A stretch of DNA of 64,000 nucleotides, taken from positions 159,402,001 through 159,466,000 of the forward strand of contig NC_042999.1 of the NCBI RefSeq assembly GCF_006345805.1. Reading direction: 5' to 3'. The stretch comes from Octopus sinensis. Taxonomy: Eukaryota. Below, piece by piece: positions 26,489 to 38,998 of the stretch. Numbering within the stretch: the first letter of the stretch is position 1; each line of letters starts with the position of its first letter. The notes beneath the pieces are model-generated. The model worked only from the letters and a program-made list of their open reading frames with translations, did no database searches and was not told the origin of the DNA. The position numbers and the translations under genes were made by a program.

Positions 26489-26897
26489 GGATCTTTTCGG
26501 TTTGACCGGCAGTTTTTTAACATAATTTCCACGTAACTAAACACTTTTAAACTTCGTATACTGGTAGAATGTGTTTATAAAACATCTTTTTCTCTTGGTT
26601 TTATTGAGAAAATTCTATAGCTTGTAAGATATTTGTAGTTTTTTTCTTCAATTTCTGCAATTTCTACCAATCAATTACGTGTATTGAAGCAAAGAACATT
26701 GTGTGCCGTATGAATATGTCCCTCGTTTAAGAAACAGATTGGGTTTATTTACATTTGTGAAGAAAAAAAGATACCCTTTCCCTCATACCTGACCCTAACA
26801 CAGATTGGAATGCAATAGATCGATACTAGGGTCATAATTATGGGTGACAATTTCATGACACCGCTAGAAAAAACTGCCGTTCACACCGAAAAGATTC
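26489..26897. mobile_element. GGATCTTTTCGG-TIR MITE, complete
   Basis: TIRs as at 1292; 8-bp direct repeat AATGTTTT on both sides. Confidence 0.85.
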
Positions 26898-27406
26898 AAT
26901 GTTTTTTATTAGTTTCAGAATGTTTAAAACAACTCCAGCTACACTAAGATCAGCTGCCGAAACTTTTACAAATTGGGTTTCTTCTATGCCCAAAATTACC
27001 TTACTGCAAGAAATTCCGGCAAAGCTACTTCGATTTACAAAATTTTCCCTCAGAAAAATGTGCATTATTGTTGTTGCTCTTGTAAAGAGAGGCACTTAAC
27101 TATTTTCAATGTTGTTATCGACAGAAAAGTTATTTCGCCCTCTGAAATTATTTGCTTTCAATTGCAAAGCCTTCTTATTATTTATGTCCTTATTTTCTTG
27201 TTTATTGATTATAGCAATGCGCTTTTTTGAGTGATTCAAGATTTGACAATGCTTTTCCGATTGAACAAGCTATTTTTCCAATTTGAAAATGTAGAAAAAA
27301 AATCATTTCTTCTCCAAATGGTCTTTTTCTGCAAACAGAAAACTAATGCAAACAATTCGATGTAGTTTTATATAAAAGGAATCAGGGCTACTGCAACTAT
27401 TTTTAT

Positions 27407-27617
27407 CAGCAGAATCATTACCACGCCGGACAAAATGTTTAGCGGCATTTCGTCTGTTTTACGTTCTGAGTTCTAATTTCGCTGAGGTTGACTCTGCCTT
27501 TCGGGTCGATTAATTAAGTACCAGTGAAACACTGGGGTCGATGAAATTAACTAGTTCCCTCCCACAAAATTTCAGGCCTTGTGCCTTTGGAAGAAAGGAT
27601 TAATTACCATTATTATT
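27407..27617 (+). mobile_element. Nin-domain-type SINE (short-tail subfamily)
   Basis: CTGAGTTCTAATT..GCCTTTCGGGTCGAT..AAGTACCAGT..CTGGGGTCGATG..CAGGCCTTGTGCC, (ATT)n tail. Confidence 0.65.
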
Positions 27618-27633
27618 AATATGATTATTAATA

Positions 27634-27836
27634 CGAGCTGGCAGAATGGTTAGCAAACCAAGTGGCATTTCATCCGTCGTAACGTTCTGAGTTCAAATTC
27701 TGCCGCAGTTGAATTTGCCTTTTACCTATTCGGGATAGATAAAATAAGTATCACTTGAGTACTGGGGTCAATGTAATCAACTTAACCCTTTCCCCAAATG
27801 TCAGGCCTTGTGCCTATAATAGAAAGGATTATTATT
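27634..27836 (+). mobile_element. Nin-domain-type SINE (short-tail subfamily)
   Basis: Same modules as 27407-27617. Confidence 0.65.
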
Positions 27837-28178
27837 AATAATACAGTTCTATATTTAAGATACGAGGAATTATGTACATTATTTACATTATTTACAATTG
27901 ACGGAAAAAGGAATAGAAACAGTTTCTATTTTCTTTTCTAGAAATATTATCTAGAAATATTGCCTTATGGATATATTTTGATTACGTAAATTATCAAACC
28001 CCATAAGTCCCGGGGTCGATTTGCTCGACTAAAGGCGGTGCTCCAGCATGGCCGCAGTCAAATGACTGAAACAAGTAAAAGAATAAAAGAATACAAGTTT
28101 CTCTGTATGATTGGTGTCTCCTAGCAACTGGCAATCATGGGCTTTAGCTTCATTTTGTTCACCCATTATTTTTATAAA

Positions 28179-28392
28179 AGGCGACGAGCTGGCAGAATCG
28201 TTAACCACCCGAGCAAAAAGCTTAGCGATATTTCGTCCATCTTTACGTTTTCAGTTCAATTCCGCTTTGGCCTTTCATACTTTTGGAATCAATAAACTAA
28301 GTACCAGTGAAACACAGAGGTGCGGGGTGATGCAATCGACTAGCCTCCACCCTCAAAACTCCAGGATTTGTGCCTATAGCAGAAAGGATTAT
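28179..28392 (+). mobile_element. Nin-domain-type SINE, degenerate
   Basis: GGCGACGAGCTGGCAGAATCGTTA..GCCTTTCAT..AAGTACCAGT..TGTGCCTATAGCAGAAAGGATT. Confidence 0.6.
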
Positions 28393-28909
28393 TTTTATAA
28401 AGAATTATTTGCTCTAACGAATACATATATATACAACAAAACAACAGCACAAGCGTGATTAAATAATATTATTTATCGTTGACAAAGGAACAGAACCTGT
28501 TTGGAACTTCAAATTTTATCAGTTTTAGGTCATAGATAAAAATGATATCGCAGTGAGTTATTGATTTGTTTTTCATACCTCTTTGTATTACTCTATGTGT
28601 ATATCAAGTTTCAAATCGAATACTTACAGGTTTTATCAATATTTAGCATGTTTTACCGTTTGTGGCAAGTTATAACTTGTCTAGTTTACAAATGCTTGAC
28701 TAGCAAGCAATTTTCATGAAGTAAATAACACTACCAATCTACAGACGAAAATCCTACAACCCGCAACATTTTCCTTATATGAAGGACATTTTTGAACAAA
28801 GTTGAAAGAAAATTTCAGCTTACATTGTGTAAATCAAAAGAAAATATCAAAAATATACCAAACTTTATAACAGCAAGGACATTTCTTCAGGCCCATGTAA
28901 ACAAAAATA

Positions 28910-28977
<68 letters not shown>

Positions 28978-29003
28978 CAGATAGATAGATAGATAGATAG
29001 ATA
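28910..29003 (+). repeat. (ATAG)n array flanking the 3' end of Tx1 copy 2
   Basis: Direct reading. Confidence 0.95.
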
Positions 29004-29391
29004 TGTTTCTTTATTAGCCACACAGGGCTGCACACAGATAGAACAAATTACAAGGTAGAGCTTTTCTTTTGAAGGTATTAAAAAAAAAAAAAAGGAAGGG
29101 GGAGGTTCGATCAAAAGGGATCGTAAAAGGAGAGAAAGAGGACAAAAATAAGGGGGGGTTAAAAAAAAAAAAAAAGGGGGGGAGAGGAAAAAAAAAATGA
29201 TCAATAGGGATCGTTATCACAGAAATGTCAATATGAAGTGTAAAGGGGAGGACAGGTGAGGTTTACCCGTGGGAAGAAAAGCCTGCGGAAAAGACCACGG
29301 TAACCTCGGTCAATGAAGTCACATTTTATATTTCTTTTTTTTTTTTTTTTTTTTTTGCAAATAAGCAACTCTCTGTTTTCGATTTCTGGGT

Positions 29392-32300
29392 TCATAGGAC
29401 TATGCTCAAGGTGGCTTCGTCATTCATACGTGCCATTCTTGCTACATTCACCCATCTTTTTTTAAAACATTCGCTAGACAAAACTTGCCTCTCTACTCTC
29501 ACTTTCCTTTTCAAGTGGTACTTGAAGAAGTTGATGAGAGATTGACCAGAGAGGAAAGTGTTTGTCTCCAATCCTTTCAGACGCGTCCACCAGATACATT
29601 CTTTCGCCATAGCCACAAGGATGATGAAAATAGCTCTTCCTTCCCGTTTGAAGGAAGGAGGCGTGACAATATTGACGATAGACTCAGCTGATAAACCGAC
29701 TCGTCCCACACGTGACAGCAGTTGTTCGACATAAGCCCACAGGTCGGAAATTGTTGGACACTGAACGAGTGCGTGCAGAACGGTTTCGTCGCTCTGACCG
29801 CATCTCGGGCAGGTCGGCCCCGTGTTTCTCGAGCCGTGTCTGTAGAGCTTCCCGAACGGGTAGCGCTTCTCGGTAGCACTGCCAGGCCAGGGATCTCTGG
29901 AAGTTGTCCATGGGCCCTGGCCCGAAAGTCGTCCCGAACAGGCGGGTCAGGTACTCCTCGTCGACGTCCAGGTTCGCCCCGAGCTCGTCGTCGTACCTCC
30001 CCTCCACTAAACCCCTATAGAATGCTTTGGTTGTGTTGAAGTCACTTAAGGTCGACCCAGGACGGCAGAGTTGCTTGAGAGCAACGCGACACTCGCGGTG
30101 CCATTCGCCCTTCCTCGGCCTCTTTTTGATCCACGACTGCAGTTCGGTCATGGAGACGAGCTGCGGGAAAGCGTGCCTCACAAACGGCGACCACACCTGT
30201 TCACCGTCGTCTACATAGAGCCAGAGATGTCGCAGTCTCAGCGCGTGTCTGCGCATCATCAACCACGGCATGCCCAGCCCTCCTTTTAACGGGTGTTGAC
30301 AGCAAATGGATCGCCTGACCATCGGGACGCATCCTTTCCACAAGAAGCGAAAGAGGATGCGTTGTAGTTTGGTGATGGTAGGGTCGGGACAAGGTACGAC
30401 GGTCAGGCGGTAGTAGATGACGGACGCGATGTACGTGTTCGCCACCTCCGCTCGACCTTTTAGGGACAGTTTCCTCTCTCGGCCCATTGCCGGGCGAGAG
30501 TGACCACCCTACTCGTTATCTCGTTCCAGTTCTTCTCCACTTGGAGGTCCGGACCAAACCAGACCCCGAGCAACTCAACCGGGCCGTCGGTCCAGCGTCC
30601 CACGACGGAGGCGCTGGTGGACGGCATGGGCTTGCTTCTCCAGGTGCCTAGTCGCAAGCCCACTGACTTTTCCCGGTTGATTTTCGCTCCTGTCACCGCT
30701 TCGTAGTTTTTCAGTGTCTCGCCGACCAGCTCGATGTGCTCGTGGCTAGACACTATGACGGTGACGTCGTCCGCGTATGCAGACACGCTCGTCCCGCATC
30801 CCAATTCTCGCGGGATGCCCCTTAGAGTCGCCAGCTTCCGCAGTAGTGGCTCAAGAGTCAATACGTATAGAAGCGCCGAGAGGGGGCATCCCTGACGGAC
30901 CGAACGTGCAATGTGGAAAGTCTCGATAGATGTCCATTTACGCGAATTACCGAACGGATGCCTCTGTACAAGGCAGCTATCCAGCCGCGGAAGACGGGAC
31001 CGAAACCAGCCGCTCTCAGGACTGCCTCCAAGTATCGATGGTCTACCCTATCAAAGGCTTTTGATTGATCCAAGTTGATCAGGGCCCCACCCATGCCAGG
31101 TTCGTTAACTACCCTGTCTATGATGTAGCGCATCAGATGGAGGTTGTCATGGATGGTCCGGCCTGGCACGGCGCATGTTTGCGCCTTGTCGACCAGTTTC
31201 TCGATGACAAGCGCCAACCTCTTGGCTAGCACCTTGGCCAAAATTTTCAAGTCTGCATTAAGCAGAGTGATGGGCCTAAAGTTATCTATTACATTTCCCT
31301 TGTTTAGATCTTTCTTCAGCAGTGTTACGGCTCCTCGGCTCACAAAACCAGGAATGCTCCCGTTTTGCTGCCAGTTGCAGTACACCGCCGCCAAGAGATC
31401 TCCAAACAAGTCTGGCATACAATTGTAAAGCTCGTAGGGTAGACCATCCAAACCCGGTGATTTGTCCCTCGAGCATTCTGCCATCGCTTCCCGCACTTCC
31501 GCCGCCGTGATGGCACCTTCGCAGCACCCTGCCTTTCTTGTCGAGAGTCGTGGTAGGCTATGTAGGTAGGCACTGAAGTCCACCCTACGTTCTTGCCCTC
31601 CACTCGTTCCGAACAGTCGGGCAAAATGCTGCTGAAAGGCCTCACACATTTTACTTGGCTCGAGCAATTCGCGCCCCTGTTCATCTACCAGTGACCGAAT
31701 GGTGGCTTTGTTGCCCTGTTGCGCCTCTGCCACCCGGGCCTCTCTCGCGGCTCCAACACCTTCGTTCCTTAGAGCACGCATCCTAGCTCTGACAGCACAT
31801 CCTTCGTGTTTGGCGTTGAAGTGTTGGTCGAGGGCCAACCTCGCCGCCAAAACGTCGGATGCGATGCCGCTTCTAATTGCCTCTTCTAGCTTCTTAACTA
31901 GCTCACCCTCTACTCTATTTCTATCTATGGCTAGTGCTTTGCTGTACCTAATCGCTTCTGCTTTTACTGCTCTCTTGAGGGCAAACCACCATTTGTTGTT
32001 GATGATGGCTCCCGTCAAAGCCCTCTTTACTAGTGTGCTAATCCGGTCTCTGAAAACTTGTCTCGATGGGAAAGACGCGTTTAGTTTCCAGTATCCGGGA
32101 CCCTGCCTAAGTGTCTTACCTAAGTCTAGCGTACATGTCACAAGTTTGTGATCCGTGTAGCTGACTATGTGGAATTGTGGACATCCTAAGTTATCCTTGT
32201 CTACTGTCCTACACAGTATCCTATCTAGATACGATCTCGACGACCCGATGCGGTTGCTCCATGTCCACGTTGGCGCATTCGGGTGGTCTAGTCGAAACCT

Positions 32301-32828
32301 GTCAGACAGTTGAAAGCGTCTGAGCAGGTCTCTGAGGCATTTGCATCCCCGTCTATTCCTATCTCTACCCACGTAGTCTACATGCGTGTCCAAGGTAGCA
32401 TTCCAATCCCCCACTAAGAGTAAAGGACGAGACGTTCCCAAGAAAACTTCTAGACGTTGAAAGAAATCCGCCCGACCTGTTAAGGGCGGTGCGTAAACTG
32501 ATACGAGCCGAAAAGCGCACCCATTGCTGCCGTCGACATCCAGGACGACCAGTCTACCCTCCGGGTCTACGAATATTGTCCTTACATTGAGATCCAGACT
32601 CTTGTGAAAAAGTACCGCGGTGCCACTACCGCCCATTCTCGGCAGACAGGGGGAAAAATAAATGTTGAACTGTCCGCCAAACATGGTCTTTAGGGCCCGC
32701 GGATTGTGGAGTCTGGTCTCGCTTATGGCTATGATTTCTAACTTATGTGACTTTATGTCATTTAAGAGGTACCCTTGTTTCCAAGGGGACCCCAAGCCAC
32801 GCGCATTTACACAACCAATCTTGATCAT
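29392..32828 (-). CDS. ORF2: APE endonuclease + reverse transcriptase + C-terminal CCHC (Tx1-like, ~1145 aa; interrupted by single-base frameshifts)
   Basis: IGCVNARGL, ISETRL, LVGDWN, SYLDRIL, YTDH (APE); KSPGLDG, FRPITLLN, LDQSKAFDRV, QGCPLS, YADD, KINREKS, LGVWF (RT); CPRC..DETVLHALVQC recovered across frameshifts. Confidence 0.92.
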
Positions 32829-32859
32829 AGTTCTAATGAATTAGAATACAGAGGGTTAC

Positions 32860-34859
32860 TTACTGCTCGAAAGTTTTTGCTTTCTCCTCCGTTGGTTTGT
32901 CCTCGAGAAGATCCCAGTACAGTTTCTTTGTGAGATATTTTTGGCATTTACCAACCGCACTGGGGAAAATGCCTTTGAGTGTGTGGTGCAGACTTTTGGA
33001 GATGTGTATTATTTTGATGTGGTCTGGTGGTGTTGTGTATGGGTGGTGTTTGTTTTTATGTCATCTTCTGTTATGTTTGTTTTTTGATTGGATGTATTCC
33101 ATCAAATTGTGTTTTTTGGTGTCTATGGCTGTGAGCATGTTTGCTGTATATGTTTTTGTGGTGTTGGTGTGGCTGTTGTTTGCGTTGGGTTTTGAAATGT
33201 CTTCGGGAGATGTATTTCCCCCTGCTTTGTTCGTGTTTGCATTTGGTTTGGTTGTGTTTCTGCTCTTTATTTTCCTTCTTTTTGTAGCTATTTGCCATTC
33301 CTCACTGGTTTCGTCTTCCGACGAAATTTCTGAGGAATCAGAAGGGGGTAGGGGTATGTTGTGGGCTTCTATGTATGTCTGTGTAAGTGGTTGTGTTGTT
33401 GTTTTCGTTGTTGTTGGTTGTTGAGTGTTTGTGTGTGTTGAGTGCGGTATAAGGGATGGGGGATCAGTTTGTGTGTGTTTTCTTTGTTTTTCTGTTCCTT
33501 TGGTTTTGCTGTTGATGGTAGTGTTGGTATTTTTCCAGGTGTCGAGTGTTTTTGGTTGATGACGGATTAGCTTGGTGTGCTTCTCTTGTCGTCTTCTGTG
33601 TTGATGGTGGTGTGGGTAGTAGAGCTTTTTTTCCGGAGTGCTTTGGTTGTGGTAGTGGTTGTTGTTGTTGCTCTTGGTGTGCAGTGGTTGGGCACGTCTT
33701 TTTCAAGTGTGTTTCGCTTCCACACAAATAGCAGCGTGGTCGCCTGCCCTCTACCACTATATAGAGTTTGTAGCCTCCTGGCAGTTCTATAGCGGTGGGT
33801 ATCTTCTCTCTTGCTGCTTCATCCAATTGAAGCAGGAATTCGATTGATTTGCCCACATAGTCTTTCTCTCCTAGAACCGCGATTTCCAGGATGTTTGTCT
33901 CTGACATTGTCTCTGACATTTCAAAGCAGATGGCAGAGACCACCCATTGTGTTTCGACATCAAATGGTATGTTTTTTATTTGGACTTTCGTGACCCTTTT
34001 GTTTAAATAGACTGGTATCATTACCAAGTCGTCCGAATGTAGCTCCAATGTGGAAAAACGTTTTGCTAAACTTTCGTTGAGGAAACGTACTTGGACTGTA
34101 CCAAATTTGTTTCCCCAACTGATATATTCCTTGGAGTCCCATACAGGACGAAGGCATTTATCGATTTTTTCCTGCGGTGCATTTTCTGTTCTTCTTGTTT
34201 TTTTGTTTATTACTTTATAAATTATTGTTTTTTTTTGCGTGTTTTCCACGATGTGTTGTGGAATATGAAGGTGCAATTTGTCTCCTTCTTTGGAGAAGAG
34301 TGCCTTTGTGCGGTTTATCTCTTGTGTGGTGAATGTTACAATTGTTCTTTTTTGTTTTGTTACGTCCGCAAAATTCGTTTTGAATTGGCAGTAGAAGTGT
34401 TAATGTGGCAGTGTTAATTGAAGTCATGGTAGTGGTGTTGGTGTTGGCGGTATTAGCAGCAGAAGGCTTGGATGTAGCATTTGACGTCGTAGTAGTGGTG
34501 TTGGTGTTGGCGGTGTTGTCTTTGGTAGGCGGCTTTGTGCCAATTTCGTTGTTGTGTTGTTGTTGGTGGTGATGGTGGTGGTGCTGGCATTCATGTTTTC
34601 GTTTGTATTCATTTTTGAAATCCCTTTCTCTGTCCCTTTATCATCAACAAGTGTGGGGGAGTGAGGGGAAATCTAAGTTAATGTCTTTGGTCGCGGCGAT
34701 GGTGAATGCGACGTTAGATTTGTTGTTGTTGTTGGTGGTGGTGGTGATGGTGGTGACAGCGGTGTTCACGCTGCGATGTTTAGCAGCTAGTGGTAGCAAT
34801 AGTGTTTTGCTACCGTTCTGCATGACTGGCGGGCTAGCCACGTGGTTTCTAGTTGCCAT
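32860..34859 (-). CDS. ORF1: gag-like RNA-binding protein with CX2CX4HX4C zinc knuckle (frameshifted)
   Basis: ATG at 34859 (MATRNH..); Thr/Asn-rich N-terminus; [13 protein letters not shown] region; RPRCYLCGSETHLKKTCP; the exact C-terminal frame differs between copies. Confidence 0.8.
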
Positions 34860-35094
34860 TTTCAAAATGAAAACTGGCTAAAAAACCCACGAAAGTTTTG
34901 AAAGTTTTTTTGTAATTTCGCCCATACAGGGGCGGAATTCTACGTGAATAATTCTCAGGTTTTTTAGTGAATGAATTTGCACAACGATTAAAACAAAATA
35001 TTTGACAACAAGGAGTTTTAAACATGTAAAAGTGGCCAACTTACTTGGAGCCGATATGACTAGCGTCCGTCCATTGTGATAGAGAGAGATAGAT

Positions 35095-35136
<42 letters not shown>

Positions 35137-35529
35137 TGTTTCTTTATTAGCCACACAGGGCTGCACACAGATAGAACAAATTACAAGGTAGAGCTTTTCT
35201 TTTGAAGGTATTAAAAAAAAAAAAAAAAAGGGAGGGGGAGGTTCGATCAAAAGGGATCGTAAAAGGAGAGAAAGAGGACAAAAATAAGGGGGGGTTAAAA
35301 AAGAAAAAAAAAAAAGGGGGGGGGGAGAGGAAAAAAATGATCAATAGGGATCGTTATCACAGAAATGTCAATATGAAGTGTAAAGGGGAGGACAGGTGAG
35401 GTTTACCCGTGGAAAGAAAGCCTGCGGAAAAGACCACGGTAACCTCGGTCAATGAAGTCACATTTTATTTTCTTTTTTTTTTTTTTTTTTTTTTTTCAAA
35501 TAAGCAACTCTCTGTTTTCGATTTTGGGT

Positions 35530-38500
35530 TCATAGGACTATGCTCAAGGTGGCTTCGTCATTCATACGTGCCATTCTTGCTACATTCACCCATCTTTTTT
35601 TTAAAACATTCGCTAGACAAAACTTGCCTCTCTACTCTCACTTTCCTTTTCAAGTGGTACTTGAAGAAGTTGATGAGAGATTGACCAGAGAGGAAAGTGT
35701 TTGTCTCCAATCCTTTCAGACGCGTCCACCAGATACATTCTTTCGCCATAGCCACAAGGATGATGAAAATAGCTCTTCCTTCCCGTTTGAAGGAAGGAGG
35801 CGTGACAATATTGACGATAGACTCAGCTGATAACCGACTCGTCCCACACGTGACAGCAGTTGTTCGACATAAGCCCACAGGTCGGAAATTGTTGGACACT
35901 GAACGAGTGCGTGCAGAACGGTTTCGTCGCTCTGACCGCATCTCGGGCAGGTCGGCCCCGTGTTTCTCTCGAGCCGTGTCTGTAGAGCTTATCCCGAACG
36001 GGTAGCGCTTCTCGGTAGCACTGCCAGGCCAGGGATCTCTGGAAGTTGTCCATGGGCCCTGGCCCGAAAGTCGTCCCGAACAGGCGGGTCAGGTACTCCT
36101 CGTCGACGTCCAGGTTCGCCCCGAGCTCGTCGTCGTACCTCCCCTCCACTAAACCCCTATAGAATGCTTTGGTTGTGTTGAAGTCACTTAAGGTCGACCC
36201 AGGACGGCAGAGTTGCTTGAGAGCAACGCGACACTCGCGGTGCCATTCGCCCTTCCTCGGCCTCTTTTTGATCCACGACTGCAGTTCGGTCATGGAGACG
36301 AGCTGCGGGAAAGCGTGCCTCACAAACGGCGACCACACCTGTTCACCGTCGTCTACATAGAGCCAGAGATGTCGCAGTCTCAGCGCGTGTCTGCGCATCA
36401 TCAACCACGGCATGCCCAGCCCTCCTTTTAACGGGTGTTGACAGCAAATGGATCGCCTGACCATCGGGACGCATCCTTTCCACAAGAAGCGAAAGAGGAT
36501 GCGTTGTAGTTTGGTGATGGTAGGGTCGGGACAAGGTACGACGACGGTCAGGCGGTAGTAGATGACGGACGCGATGTACGTGTTCGCCACCTCCGCTCGA
36601 CCTTTTAGGGACAGTTTCCTCTCGGCCCATTGCCGGGCGAGAGTGACCACCCTACTCGTTATCTCGTTCCAGTTCTTCTCCACTTGGAGGTCCGGACCAA
36701 ACCAGACCCCGAGCAACTCAACCGGGCCGTCGGTCCAGCGTCCCACGACGGAGGCGCTGGTGGACGGCATGGGCTTGCTTCTCCAGGTGCCTAGTCGCAA
36801 GCCCACTGACTTTTCCCGGTTGATTTTCGCTCCTGTCACCGCTTCGTAGTTTTTCAGTGTCTCGCCGACCAGCTCGATGTGCTCGTGGCTAGACACTATG
36901 ACGGTGACGTCGTCCGCGTATGCAGACACGCTCGTCCCCATCCCAATTCTCGCGGGATGCCCCTTAGAGTCGCCAGCTTCCGCAGTAGTGGCTCAAGAGT
37001 CAATACGTATAGAAGCGCCGAGAGGGGGCATCCCTGACGGACCGAACGTGCAATGTCGAAAGGTCTCGATAGATGTCCATTTACGCGCGAATTACCGAAC
37101 GGATGCCTCTGTACAAGGCAGCTATCCAGCCGCGGAAGACGGGACCGAAACCAGCCGCTCTCAGGACTGCCTCCAAGTATCGATGGTCTACCCTATCAAA
37201 GGCTTTTGATTGATCCAAGTTGATCAGGGCCCCACCCATGCCAGGTTCGTTAACTACCCTGTCTATGATGTAGCGCATCAGATGGAGGTTGTCATGGATG
37301 GTCCGGCCTGGCACGGCGCATGTTTGCGCCTTGTCGACCAGTTTCTCGATGACAAGCGCCAACCTCTTGGCTAGCACCTTGGCCAAAATTTTCAAGTCTG
37401 CATTAAGCAGAGTGATGGGCCTAAAGTTATCTATTACATTTCCCTTGTTTAGATCTTTCTTCAGCAGTGTTACGGCTCCTCGGCTCACAAAACCAGGAAT
37501 GCTCCCGTTTTGCTGCCAGTTGCAGTACACCGCCGCCAAGAGATCTCCAAACAAGTCTGGCATACAATTGTAAAGCTCGTAGGGTAGACCATCCAAACCC
37601 GGTGATTTGTCCCTCGAGCATTCTGCCATCGCTTCCCGCACTTCCGCCGCCGTGATGGCACCTTCGCAGCACCCTGCCTTTCTTGTCGAGAGTCGTGGTA
37701 GGCTATGTAGGTAGGCACTGAAGTCCACCCTACGTTCTTGCCCTCCACTCGTTCCGAACAGTCGGGCAAAATGCTGCTGAAAGGCCTCACACATTTTACT
37801 TGGCTCGAGCATTCGCGCCCCTGTTCATCTACCAGTGACCGAATGGTGGCTTTGTTGCCCTGTTGCGCCTCTGCCACCCGGGCCTCTCTCGCGGCTCCAA
37901 CACCTTCGTTCCTTAGAGCACGCATCCTAGCTCTGACAGCACATCCTTCGTGTTTGGCGTTGAAGTGTTGGTCGAGGGCCAACCTCGCCGCCAAAACGTC
38001 GGATGCGATGCCGCTTCTAATTGCCTCTTCTAGCTTCTAACTAGCTCACCCTCTACTCTATTTCTATCTATGGCTAGTGCTTTGCTGTACCTAATCGCTT
38101 CTGCTTTTACTGCTCTCTTGAGGGCAAACCACCATTTGTTGTTGATGATGGCTCCCGTCAAAGCCCTCTTTACTAGTGTGCTAATCCGGTCTCTGAAAAC
38201 TTGTCTCGATGGGAAAGACGCGTTTAGTTTCCAGTATCCGGGACCCTGCCTAAGTGTCTTACCTAAGTCTAGCGTACATGTCACAAGTTTGTGATCCGTG
38301 TAGCTGACTATGTGGAATTGTGGACATCCTATGCTATCTCTATCTACTGTCCTACACAGTATCCTATCTAGATACGATCTCGACGACCCGATGCGGTTGC
38401 TCCATGTCCACGTTGGCGCATTCGGGTGGTCTAGTCGAAACCTGTCAGACAGTTGAAAGCGTCTGAGCAGGTCTCTGAGGCATTTGCATCCCCGTCTATT

Positions 38501-38971
38501 CCTATCTCTACCCACGTAGTCTACATGCGTGTCCAAGGTAGCATTCCAATCCCCCACTAAGAGTAAAGGACGAGACGTTCCCAAGAAAACTTCTAGACGT
38601 TGAAAGAAATCCGCCCGACCTGTTAAGGGCGGTGCGTAAACTGATACGAGCCGAAAAGCGCACCCATTGCTGCCGTCGACATCCAGGACGACCAGTCTAC
38701 CCTCCGGGTCTACGAATATTGTCCTTACATTGAGATCCAGACTCTTGTGAAAAAGTACCGCGGTGCCACTACCGCCCATTCTCGGCAGACAGGGGGAAAA
38801 ATAAATGTTGAACTGTCCGCCAAACATGGTCTTTAGGGCCCGCGGATTGTGGAGTCTGGTCTCGCTTATGGCTATGATTTCTAACTTATGTGACTTTATG
38901 TCATTTAAGAGGTACCCTTGTTTCCAAGGGGACCCCAAGCCACGCGCATTTACACAACCAATCTTGATCAT
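35530..38971 (-). CDS. ORF2 (APE + RT) of Tx1 copy 3, frameshifted
   Basis: ORF track pieces 38030-38971, 37485-37994, 37081-37812 and 35823-36941 carry the same motifs as copy 2. Confidence 0.9.
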
Positions 38972-38998
38972 AGTTCTAATGAATTAGAATACAGAGGG

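Larger units (their letters stand above)
29004..35078 (-). mobile_element. Full-length Tx1-clade non-LTR retrotransposon (~6.1 kb), copy 2
   Basis: ~220-bp 5'UTR, ORF1, ORF2, ~390-bp 3'UTR ending AATAAAGAAAC-AT(ATCT)n; ATAG repeats on both sides. Confidence 0.95.

Noticed and set aside
34878-35044. Possible intron in the Tx1 5'UTR (CAA|GTAAGT ... TTTTTTAG|)
   Set aside because: Only one copy retains the 5'UTR and it is unspliced; there is no supporting evidence.
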